58,576 nucleotides of DNA from a virus (lineage: Duplodnaviria > Caudoviricetes). A program made the position numbers and the translations under genes. The DNA lies in the IMG/VR virus record IMGVR_UViG_3300028287_000004, positions 1 to 58,576 of that record. The stretch is one strand, 5' to 3'. Every line of letters begins with the position of its first letter. Positions within the stretch are counted from its first letter, which is position 1. The notes beneath the pieces are model-generated. The model saw only the letters and a program-made list of their open reading frames with translations, made no database searches and was not told the origin of the DNA. Below, piece after piece: positions 1-7,575 of the stretch.

Positions 1-1
1 T

Positions 2-94
2 AAAAAAATCGAAGAAGGTGAATTCACCGAAGCAAAGGATATGAAGTACAAATTTCGTAAGCCAGCTTTTCCGAAAAAGAAAAAAGAAGACTAA
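2..94 (+). CDS. C-terminal fragment of a hypothetical protein (runs off the window)
   Basis: Open frame KKIEEGEFTEAKDMKYKFRKPAFPKKKKED* from the window edge to TAA at 92-94. Confidence 0.6.
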   Translation, partial: KKIEEGEFTEAKDMKYKFRKPAFPKKKKED

Positions 95-106
95 CTAAAT
101 ACTTGT

Positions 107-346
107 ATGGTAAGTACAAGTAAATTTTTAGAATGGGCACAAATGGTTACCGGCTGTACCGCAGCGTTAATCGTGTCACTTAATATTGGGGACACATGGG
201 TCTTTTGGGCTATGTGTCTTTTTTTCATTAAAGATAGTATGATGGGCGTGTTTGCATATATAAACAAGTACCCAGGTATTATCATGAGTAGTATAATTTA
301 CGTACCAATTGATTTGATTGGTGTTTACAGATGGTGGTTATTTTGA
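107..346 (+). CDS. Small membrane protein
   Basis: 79 aa with about 3 hydrophobic segments; preceded by the late-promoter-like CTAAATAC. Confidence 0.65.
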   Translation: MVSTSKFLEWAQMVTGCTAALIVSLNIGDTWVFWAMCLFFIKDSMMGVFAYINKYPGIIMSSIIYVPIDLIGVYRWWLF

Positions 347-378
347 ACTGGATACAAATAGATAAGCAGATTATTAGT

Positions 379-609
379 ATGATGCGTATTATAGATGACA
401 AAGATAAATTATATGAAGATGTAAAGCACGTATTCAAGTGGAATGATTCACAAGTCGAAGCTGCCGTAGCTCCACTAATCAATCGTTGGAACTGGCATGG
501 TATGCACAAAGATGAAGTTCCAACTAAAAAGAAACGTGTAACTAAAACCACAAAAAAAGCCCCTACTAAGAAAGCAGGAGCTAAAACTAAAGCAAAAAAG
601 AATTCATAA
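379..609 (+). CDS. Hypothetical protein with Lys-rich C-terminal tail
   Basis: Part of ORF 331..609; more plausible start at MMRII; tail KKKRVTKTTKKAPTKKAGAKTKAKK. Confidence 0.6.
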   Translation: MMRIIDDKDKLYEDVKHVFKWNDSQVEAAVAPLINRWNWHGMHKDEVPTKKKRVTKTTKKAPTKKAGAKTKAKKNS

Positions 610-1041
610 CTTGTTTCTTAAATCGTCAAGATACTCACTGAGTATCTTAGAACTACCTATTCTGACGTTGATGATACCGTTATAGTATTCATCCGTCTCT
701 AACACTCTACGATCAAATTGTTCTTTAGCTTCCATGTAGCTTAAAGCACCACGACTCGGACAGTAGTGTAAAATCTCCCTAGTAAACATTTCAGGGCCCA
801 ATCTTTCAACATCTGCATTCAGATGGTCAGAAGAACCCCAGTATGTACGCCAATCAGATTCCTTGGTGCCACGTCTTTTGTTCTTACGTCCCTTTAGAGG
901 TGGTTTCGTGGTCTTAAATTTTGCTAATTTCTTACCTACGTATTTCCTGTTATCCTCAAGATTCGTAATCAGATATACAAATCCCTCAACATCATCTGGT
1001 AATTCATTAACTATTTCGTTATTATATGTCCAATCACTCAT
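604..1041 (-). CDS. Stand-alone GIY-YIG family nuclease (Seg-like catalytic domain)
   Basis: GFVYLITN...KYVGKK (GIY-YIG motif), YWGSS, Glu in MEAKEQF, YYN; 145 aa with no separate DNA-binding domain. Confidence 0.8.
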   Translation of the reverse strand: MSDWTYNNEIVNELPDDVEGFVYLITNLEDNRKYVGKKLAKFKTTKPPLKGRKNKRRGTKESDWRTYWGSSDHLNADVERLGPEMFTREILHYCPSRGALSYMEAKEQFDRRVLETDEYYNGIINVRIGSSKILSEYLDDLRNKL

Positions 1042-1177
1042 GTGTATTGTATATCATTTCTTGTTATCTTATTTAGGTCTAAAGACCTAATCCTTCATAT
1101 ATTTCATGTCGCTTCGCTCATTCAATATATTCAGTCTTTATTTCTTATATATAATATAATGGTTATATTATTAATCT

Positions 1178-1185
1178 TATTTATA
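1178..1185 (-). promoter_or_regulatory. T4-type late promoter TATAAATA upstream of the GIY-YIG gene
   Basis: Exact TATAAATA on the minus strand. Confidence 0.55.
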
Positions 1186-1189
1186 TATG

Positions 1190-1615
1190 CCTGCGGCTAA
1201 GCCACAATTGCCCTGTTGCCAGGACAACTGCAAAAAATTATGGATACATGCCATAGCTTCATCGCCTCTGTTTATGAGCTAGTAGCCAGAAACTACGGGG
1301 TCGGTTGGCGATTCCCCCTTCACTCAGTACTGCGTCTTTCGACCCAACGGCACCTAATAATGTCTAAACAGACAGAACATTATGTAAGTCGATAGTGTTA
1401 TAGTAACCTATCATCGGTTATAAAATTGTAAAACTGGTCAACCACGAACCTTTAGAGCCGTGGCTGTTATGTGTTATGAATACTCTTTTTTGTGGTTAAC
1501 GAGAAGATTGCGGGAATTCATCCCCACTAGTCCAACGGCAACAGTATCTTTAAATACTGGCAGATTCAATCCCGAGTTGGCAACCCAACTAACAGTTCCA
1601 CTATGTCTGATATAT
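1190..1615 (-). ncRNA. Candidate large structured non-coding RNA (family not recognised)
   Basis: No ORF of 60 aa or more; higher GC than flanks; about 10 consecutive hairpins with G-U pairs and GAAA/GCAA tetraloops on the minus strand. Confidence 0.7.
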
Positions 1616-1701
1616 TAGCATTTGTCATTGTGTATTAGCCTTGTATGTGCTATGTGTTAGTTTTATATTAGCTTTGTAATAGTTTTCAATAGAGCCTGAG
1701 T

Positions 1702-1709
1702 TATTTATA
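1702..1709 (-). promoter_or_regulatory. T4-type late promoter TATAAATA pointing into the non-coding structured region
   Basis: Exact TATAAATA on the minus strand just after the gp51-like stop. Confidence 0.6.
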
Positions 1710-1715
1710 TTAGCA

Positions 1716-1946
1716 TTAGAGTATTGGCACACCTGCCTGTTTACTCATTTCATAGTTGTCTTTTATAATATCATTAATGTGAGCAATGTGCCCAACTGGC
1801 ATATCATGGAGTTCAGAAATACTTACCCCACCTCTCATATACCAAGTTAACTTTAACATATTCTTGTGTACGTTGTCAAGCTCTTTTTTGTATTTTTCTG
1901 TTTTTTCTTGAATTTCTGCTGGCGATGCTGTAATTAACCAGCCATG
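1716..1946 (-). CDS. gp51-like baseplate hub assembly protein; -1 frame extension of gp26 (or 47 aa from ATG 1859)
   Basis: Hand translation HGWLITASPAEIQEKTEKYKKELDNVHKNMLKLTWYMRGGVSISELHDMPVGHIAHINDIIKDNYEMSKQAGVPIL*; WYMRGG..S.SE..DMP pattern and position right after gp26; absent from the ORF track. Confidence 0.75.
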   Translation of the reverse strand, partial: HGWLITASPAEIQEKTEKYKKELDNVHKNMLKLTWYMRGGVSISELHDMPVGHIAHINDIIKDNYEMSKQAGVPIL

Positions 1947-2785
1947 AAAAAATTTACAGGGTTGACCTCCAGAGCAACCTCGCCTTTATGATCACATTCT
2001 GGGCATACAAACGCAAATGTGGTCGCATCTTTGGGCTTTTTAGACAATTCTTTGACTTTTGCATCAATTTCGTCTACTATTTTTGTTGGAATGTTGCTTA
2101 GGAACTCCATAATCGAATCATAATCATTTACATTTCCTTCTGGAGTTTCGATGTAACTGATTGTGTTTGCTAACAAATCTACGTTATGTTCTGCAATCTT
2201 TCTAAAACTTCCGTAGAATCTTCTTGCTAGTTCAGCTTCGTCAGTGTCCTCATTCTCTTCATTCGCTACACTATTCTGAATATGTTGAACGATTCGTTTT
2301 TGCTCAACATCAATTAGTGCTAATCTTGTGATAGCTTCTACACTTGGTGGACGAATATGAATTTTAACTTCATCGAATTCAACTGGTGCAACATGTTCAA
2401 TATCTGGGAACTTGTTTAAGATATAATTTATATCAATATTGAAGTCACTTACTTCCTCACAATTCGTACATTTATGTGCATGTGTCAATTCACGTCCGTA
2501 TGTTGCATATTGTATAGCAAGATATAATGCTTCCATATCAATGTTGCACATTGTTCTAGGATTTGGTATATCTGGACAGCAACTCTTTGCGATATTGATT
2601 AGTGCTTCGCCATTAAGAAGTTCATCTGGGTTCTTCATAGTAATTTCGTCTACTGCCGTCATAGGCAATACCCCAACTTCTTCTAGTAGTGTGGTGCCCC
2701 ATTCTGGGTTAAATTTACCACCTGTTGGTAGTTTTATATAAATCCCTGGTTTTCTGAAATATTTTGCTAGTGGGTTTGTGTTCAT
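1934..2785 (-). CDS. Baseplate hub subunit / tail assembly chaperone, T4 gp26-like
   Basis: NPLAKYFRKPGIYIKLPTGG start, two CxxC motifs (CTNC, CPEC), C-terminal NFF; start at ATG 2785 after SD AGAGG. Confidence 0.8.
   Translation of the reverse strand: MNTNPLAKYFRKPGIYIKLPTGGKFNPEWGTTLLEEVGVLPMTAVDEITMKNPDELLNGEALINIAKSCCPDIPNPRTMCNIDMEALYLAIQYATYGRELTHAHKCTNCEEVSDFNIDINYILNKFPDIEHVAPVEFDEVKIHIRPPSVEAITRLALIDVEQKRIVQHIQNSVANEENEDTDEAELARRFYGSFRKIAEHNVDLLANTISYIETPEGNVNDYDSIMEFLSNIPTKIVDEIDAKVKELSKKPKDATTFAFVCPECDHKGEVALEVNPVNFFMAG
1946..1955 (-). promoter_or_regulatory. Putative -1 ribosomal frameshift site (A AAT TTT / T TTT TTC)
   Basis: In-frame X XXY YYZ heptamers 3-4 codons before the gp26 stop; the -1 frame is open for 76 codons. 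Confidence 0.65.
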
Positions 2786-2798
2786 TTTTTCGCCTCTT

Positions 2799-2826
2799 GA
2801 TAAATACAACAATACGAAGTATTTAT
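2799..2826. promoter_or_regulatory. Overlapping divergent late promoters (GATAAATA + at 2799; CATAAATA - at 2819-2826)
   Basis: Motifs lie between the divergent gp26 and tape-measure genes. Confidence 0.6.
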
Positions 2827-2884
2827 GTTCATAGTTATTTAATCAATTATAAACTACGAATATAATCATAAAGTGAGAGATATT

Positions 2885-5404
2885 ATGGCAGAAGATGTAA
2901 TTATTCAGGGTTTTGGTAGTGACCGAAGTTTTCCGGACTTTGCTACCGAAGCGACCCAAAAAGGAATTATGCAAGAAGCAGGAAAGCATAGTAATGCTTT
3001 TGCGCAGATGGTTAGGTTACTTAGCGCCCAAGCCGCAGGTCAGAAAATCTCACAGAACGAATATAAAGAGATACAACAGGAACTACGTAACAATAGAAAA
3101 GCTACGGATGCTCTTAAAAAACAAAATGATAGTAACGATAACAAAACTAGAAAACAAACTGATGATGCATTACAAGAGGATCAAAAACAAACAAGTATTT
3201 TTAAGAAACTACTGATTGCATCAGTTGAACGTACTCAACTTTCTGCAAAGCAATTCAAAGAAGAAATTAAGAATGATAAGAGAATGCAAGAATTGATGAA
3301 AGACGGAATGTCTTCTGACTCTGCTGGTATCATGTCAAAATTAGAAGGATTTGGATCAGTCATTAGTTCAGTAGGTGGTAAACTTGCACCATTGGCAGGT
3401 ATGGTAACAGCCGCCGCAGGTGCGGTTACCGGTATCAATGCTTATATGAAAGCACAAGCACAAGATAGATTTAATCTTGCACAAGAATTAAGACAAAGCG
3501 GTCTTGCTGCTGGATTAAATTCATCACAAGCAAGTTTAACCTCATTTGCTGCGACTGTGCGAGAAAATAACTTTACTCTTGGCGAAGCCGCAGAATTTAC
3601 ACAACGTTTTGCAAATTCAGTTGGTGTTCTTGGAGTAAAGAGTTCTCTTGAATTCGTAAACTCACTAGCATATGCAGGCGAAGGCGGCGCAGATATGATG
3701 CGTAAGTTTGGTATGGAATTCGGTGAAGTAGCAAATGTAGCTGGTACTTACTTAGACAGTGTAAGAAATCTAGGCATGCTTGACAGAATGAATGGACAAC
3801 AGTTGCGAAGTAATATGGATGACTTTATGAGTACTGTAGTATCTACATCCAATGTTATGAAGATTAATATGGAAGATGCGGCAAAGATGATTTCTGATAC
3901 TTTGGGTAGAACAGATATATCTGCATTACTTGCTACTATGGATCCACAAAGAGCTGCACAAGTGCAAGAAGTGGTTGGTATGGCTGGCGGTATGGATAAT
4001 CCACTCGGTGAGGCACTTGCTATGAGACTTGCGGCAGGTTCACAGGGTGAATTTCAGATGACATCGCAATTTGCAGACTTAATGTCAAGTCCTATTACTG
4101 CATCCATCATGCCATTAGTTGAACAACTTGCAACATCAGCAGAACAAGGTGGGGTCAGTGGATTCCAGAGTGCGTTAGCAGGATCACGTGGTGATTTTCA
4201 GTCAGCGATAGATGGTGCTAGTAGAGAATTGATACTAAGTGGCGATCAAATGGGACAGGCAATGATTTCGTCATTTGCTAAACTATTAGGAACTGTTGAA
4301 GATGCAGATGCAGGACGTCAACCTTTATCAGGTGATGATGTTGCAACTTTAGGATCAATAGAAGCAAGTAGACAGTTTGCACTTGCATTAGAGGGTGTCA
4401 ATAATGCATTTATTGAGAATGCAGATTTAGAAAATAATTTAGGAAAACTTAATACAGCTAGTATAACAATGTCAGGATCAATAGAACGTTCTGGTACTGC
4501 AATCGCACAACATTCTGAGGCGGTTATTGGTGTGACTACCGGACTTCAAGCTATTGTGCAAGACATAGCTTCAGGCGGAATTGATATGGTTGGTAGTGTA
4601 TTCGCGGCAGTGAGTGATGACAGTGCAGATTCGCTGGCAAACGTAATACAAATGCGAAAAGTGGTTGAAGATACATTTGGCGCAACATCACTAGAAGCGA
4701 TTTCTAAACCAATTCTAGATCAATTAGAAACGGTTGAAAGATTTCAGAAACGAAGTGAAGAGAATCCTACATTGTTTAATAGAAATAGTGTGCAATTTGC
4801 GCAACGTGACTTATTTAGAATGATTGATGAACTTAGTGAAACGAATCCAGAACAAGCAGAATCATTGCTTAGAGGCTCAGGCTTAGAAAACTTTGCAAGG
4901 ACTGGAGAGACTATTGCATACGATCCTACTATATTGGCACAACAAGGAGTGATGCAAAATAATATGCCTATAACAGCATACGATGAACAAGGTGGGTATA
5001 TGCTACAAGGTGGCGGCAGAATGAAAACTCGACAAGAGACTGCGTTAGAAGTCCGTTCTGCGTTAGAATCAATATCTGGTGATCTTGGTACTGACTTTGT
5101 TAGAAATGCATTTACTGCATTAAGTACTGGTAGTGGCTCCAACCTTCTTGATACTGTAGGTTTTGAAAAAGAAAATGATACCTTTACTACAGAAGAACAA
5201 TCTATGATTACTACAATCGTAGAACAGATGAACGCTAATAACTTAATTAATCAAGAAAATATGCAACGATTAATAAACTCGATTGAATCTGATACTGGTA
5301 GAAGCGTGTTTGATTGGGCAGGTGCATCAGAAGAAGACAAAGCGCAACAGAGAGCATTGTTATCTACTATGAATCAACTACTTCAATCATTGAATAGTAA
5401 TTAA
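2885..5404 (+). CDS. Probable tape measure protein
   Basis: ~840 aa, Ala/Gly/Met/Gln-rich, helical character, central hydrophobic stretch; adjacent to gp26/gp51. Confidence 0.65.
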   Translation: MAEDVIIQGFGSDRSFPDFATEATQKGIMQEAGKHSNAFAQMVRLLSAQAAGQKISQNEYKEIQQELRNNRKATDALKKQNDSNDNKTRKQTDDALQEDQKQTSIFKKLLIASVERTQLSAKQFKEEIKNDKRMQELMKDGMSSDSAGIMSKLEGFGSVISSVGGKLAPLAGMVTAAAGAVTGINAYMKAQAQDRFNLAQELRQSGLAAGLNSSQASLTSFAATVRENNFTLGEAAEFTQRFANSVGVLGVKSSLEFVNSLAYAGEGGADMMRKFGMEFGEVANVAGTYLDSVRNLGMLDRMNGQQLRSNMDDFMSTVVSTSNVMKINMEDAAKMISDTLGRTDISALLATMDPQRAAQVQEVVGMAGGMDNPLGEALAMRLAAGSQGEFQMTSQFADLMSSPITASIMPLVEQLATSAEQGGVSGFQSALAGSRGDFQSAIDGASRELILSGDQMGQAMISSFAKLLGTVEDADAGRQPLSGDDVATLGSIEASRQFALALEGVNNAFIENADLENNLGKLNTASITMSGSIERSGTAIAQHSEAVIGVTTGLQAIVQDIASGGIDMVGSVFAAVSDDSADSLANVIQMRKVVEDTFGATSLEAISKPILDQLETVERFQKRSEENPTLFNRNSVQFAQRDLFRMIDELSETNPEQAESLLRGSGLENFARTGETIAYDPTILAQQGVMQNNMPITAYDEQGGYMLQGGGRMKTRQETALEVRSALESISGDLGTDFVRNAFTALSTGSGSNLLDTVGFEKENDTFTTEEQSMITTIVEQMNANNLINQENMQRLINSIESDTGRSVFDWAGASEEDKAQQRALLSTMNQLLQSLNSN

Positions 5405-5409
5405 AAGTG

Positions 5410-5438
5410 TTGACATGTACTTAAAAACATGCTACTAT
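5410..5438 (+). promoter_or_regulatory. Sigma70-type promoter upstream of the portal gene
   Basis: TTGACA-17 bp-TACTAT with extended TG. Confidence 0.65.
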
Positions 5439-5459
5439 AAAAAATACAGGATATAAAAA

Positions 5460-7151
5460 ATGGCAACTTGGAAAAAATACTTTAAAACATATGATGGTCT
5501 CCCACAACGAGACCCATCATCGTCTATTCAAGGATCGGAAGCATCCAATAAGCGTTATAGCAGTTGGTTACCTGAAGTTTATCAGGGACAACCAAACCGT
5601 GTGCAACGTTATGGACAGTACGACCAAATGGACTTAGATAGTGAAGTGAACGCAGCGTTGGATATCATTGCTGAATTCTCAACATTACAAGATGAAAACT
5701 CTAGATTACCATTTAAATTCGACTTCCCAGAAGATCCAACTGAATCAGAGAATGATGTTTTGCAACGTACACTACGACAGTGGTGTTCGGTGAACGAAAT
5801 GAACAAGCGTGTTTTCCGTATATTCCGAAATGCCATTAAGTACGGCGACCAAATCTTTGTTCGTGATCCAGAAACATATAAACTATTTTGGGTTGATCCT
5901 GCCAAAGTAGATAAAGTTATTGTTAACGAAGGTAAAGGCAAGAAGGTAGAAGCATATTATATCAAAGATATTGATATCAATATGGAAAGCATGAATATTA
6001 CGGCAGATGCAAACAAACTTACACAAACTGGTGCAGGCGCATCAGGTATGCCGAACCTTAATAGTAATACTACTCAAAGTTACACTGGCGGTAGTGCAGG
6101 CGGATCACGTTTTGCAAATGATCAATCATCGACACCAGTTGATGCGGCACACGTTATTCATATTTCATTGAATGAAGGCATCGACGGCTTTTGGCCTTTT
6201 GGTACATCTATCTTAGAGCCTATCTTTAAAGTTTATAAGCAAAAAGAATTATTAGAAGATGCTATTCTAATCTATCGTGTACAACGTGCGCCAGAACGCA
6301 GAGTGTTTTACATTGATGTAGGTAACATGCCAACTCACAAAGCACGTGCGCACCTAGAACGTATCAAGAATGAAATTCATCAAAGACGTATTCCATCTAA
6401 GACTGGTGGTGGACAAACTGTTACTGATAGTGCTTACAATCCACTATCAATCATGGAAGATTATTTCTTTGCTCAAACAGCAGAAGGCCGTGGTTCTAAA
6501 GTTGAAACACTTCCGGGTGGCGAGAACTTAGGTCAAATTGATGACTTGAAATACTTCAACGACAAACTGTTGCGTGGTTTACGTGTTCCAGCTTCATACT
6601 TAGGTGGTATGGATGACGGCGGCGCAACAGTGAATGATGGTCGTGTAGGCACAGCAATGATTGCTGAATTTAGATTTACTAAGTTCTGTGAACGACTACA
6701 AGCACTTATCGTTGAACAACTAGACAATGAGTTTAAGATGTTCTGTAAAAATCGTGGTGTGCAAGTAGAAAGTTCGCGTTTCTCATTACAATTCAATACT
6801 CCTCAGAACTTCGGTAAGTTCCGTCAAGCAGAAGTAGATCAAGTTGCAATGAATGTGTTCTCATCAATCGAAGGTGCTGATTATATCAGTAAGCGTTTTG
6901 CTCTACAACGTTTCTTGGGACTAACAGAAGATGAAATACTAGAAAACGAAAAGTTATGGCGTGAAGAAAACGGCGGCACAGATGAACTAGCAGGCGCTAG
7001 TGATAATCTTAAAGGCGTAGGTGCAGCACCTGCTCCAGACGATATAGGTGGAAACGATGATTTTGACTTTGATGAAACTGACGCAGATGATACAGAAGAC
7101 GGTTCAGTAATCGATGGATCAGAAAACGCAGAAACAGACGAGGAAGTATAA
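5460..7151 (+). CDS. Portal protein, T4 gp20-like
   Basis: LEDAILIYRVQRAPERRVFYIDVGNMP, MEDYFF, VETLPGGENLGQIDD. Confidence 0.95.
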   Translation: MATWKKYFKTYDGLPQRDPSSSIQGSEASNKRYSSWLPEVYQGQPNRVQRYGQYDQMDLDSEVNAALDIIAEFSTLQDENSRLPFKFDFPEDPTESENDVLQRTLRQWCSVNEMNKRVFRIFRNAIKYGDQIFVRDPETYKLFWVDPAKVDKVIVNEGKGKKVEAYYIKDIDINMESMNITADANKLTQTGAGASGMPNLNSNTTQSYTGGSAGGSRFANDQSSTPVDAAHVIHISLNEGIDGFWPFGTSILEPIFKVYKQKELLEDAILIYRVQRAPERRVFYIDVGNMPTHKARAHLERIKNEIHQRRIPSKTGGGQTVTDSAYNPLSIMEDYFFAQTAEGRGSKVETLPGGENLGQIDDLKYFNDKLLRGLRVPASYLGGMDDGGATVNDGRVGTAMIAEFRFTKFCERLQALIVEQLDNEFKMFCKNRGVQVESSRFSLQFNTPQNFGKFRQAEVDQVAMNVFSSIEGADYISKRFALQRFLGLTEDEILENEKLWREENGGTDELAGASDNLKGVGAAPAPDDIGGNDDFDFDETDADDTEDGSVIDGSENAETDEEV

Positions 7152-7154
7152 ATA
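7147..7154 (+). promoter_or_regulatory. Late promoter TATAAATA overlapping the portal stop codon
   Basis: Exact motif, 5 nt before the next ATG. Confidence 0.7.
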
Positions 7155-7159
7155 CTACT

Positions 7160-7381
7160 ATGAGATATTCAGATTTAACAGAAAACTATTCTCCAGACGA
7201 GGATAATCATAATAGTAGAGAGATAGATGATACCCGTAAGGATCGTCTAACTCTTGTACACCTATCTAAACTGCGTAAAATTCGTGAATACCGTAAGTAT
7301 CAAGACGGTGTTAAATCACAGCAAGTACAACGTCAATATAAAGGCGGCGGCGATGAAAGCGGCGGCGATATGGAGCTATAG
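7160..7381 (+). CDS. Small head-module protein
   Basis: 73 aa between portal and core genes, with its own late promoter. Confidence 0.7.
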   Translation: MRYSDLTENYSPDEDNHNSREIDDTRKDRLTLVHLSKLRKIREYRKYQDGVKSQQVQRQYKGGGDESGGDMEL

Positions 7382-7442
7382 TCTCTATTAAGTAGTAAGT
7401 TTTACTATTTACGTCACATACTAAATATCTCTACGACAATGA

Positions 7443-7468
7443 AACGGCTAAAAAGTAGCCGTTTTTTT
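7443..7468 (+). terminator. Intrinsic terminator
   Basis: AAACGGCTA-AAAAG-TAGCCGTTT followed by a T run. Confidence 0.75.
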
Positions 7469-7497
7469 GCATTTCCCTATTATACACTATCTTTACC

Positions 7498-7505
7498 TAT
7501 AAATA
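7498..7505 (+). promoter_or_regulatory. Late promoter TATAAATA for the prohead/capsid operon
   Basis: Exact motif upstream of SD TAAGGAG. Confidence 0.75.
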
Positions 7506-7575
7506 CTTTTGAAACAAAGAGTGTTTCTACAACCGCCACAGAAAGCAGTGGCTTTTTAGATAAGGAGACATTAAT

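Noticed and set aside
1190-1615. tRNA cluster or tmRNA
   Set aside because: No GTTC(R)A T-loop cloverleaf, CCA end or tag reading frame recognised
1045-1715. Group I intron carrying the GIY-YIG homing endonuclease
   Set aside because: No interrupted host gene is evident (gp51-like ORF ends with its own stop) and I could not identify P7/R-S core motifs by eye; cmscan should confirm
1848-1879. Sigma70-like promoter inside the gp51 frame (TTGACA-18-TAAAGT, minus) that could feed the ncRNA early
   Set aside because: Suboptimal spacing and -10, and it lies within coding sequence; not supportable without TSS data
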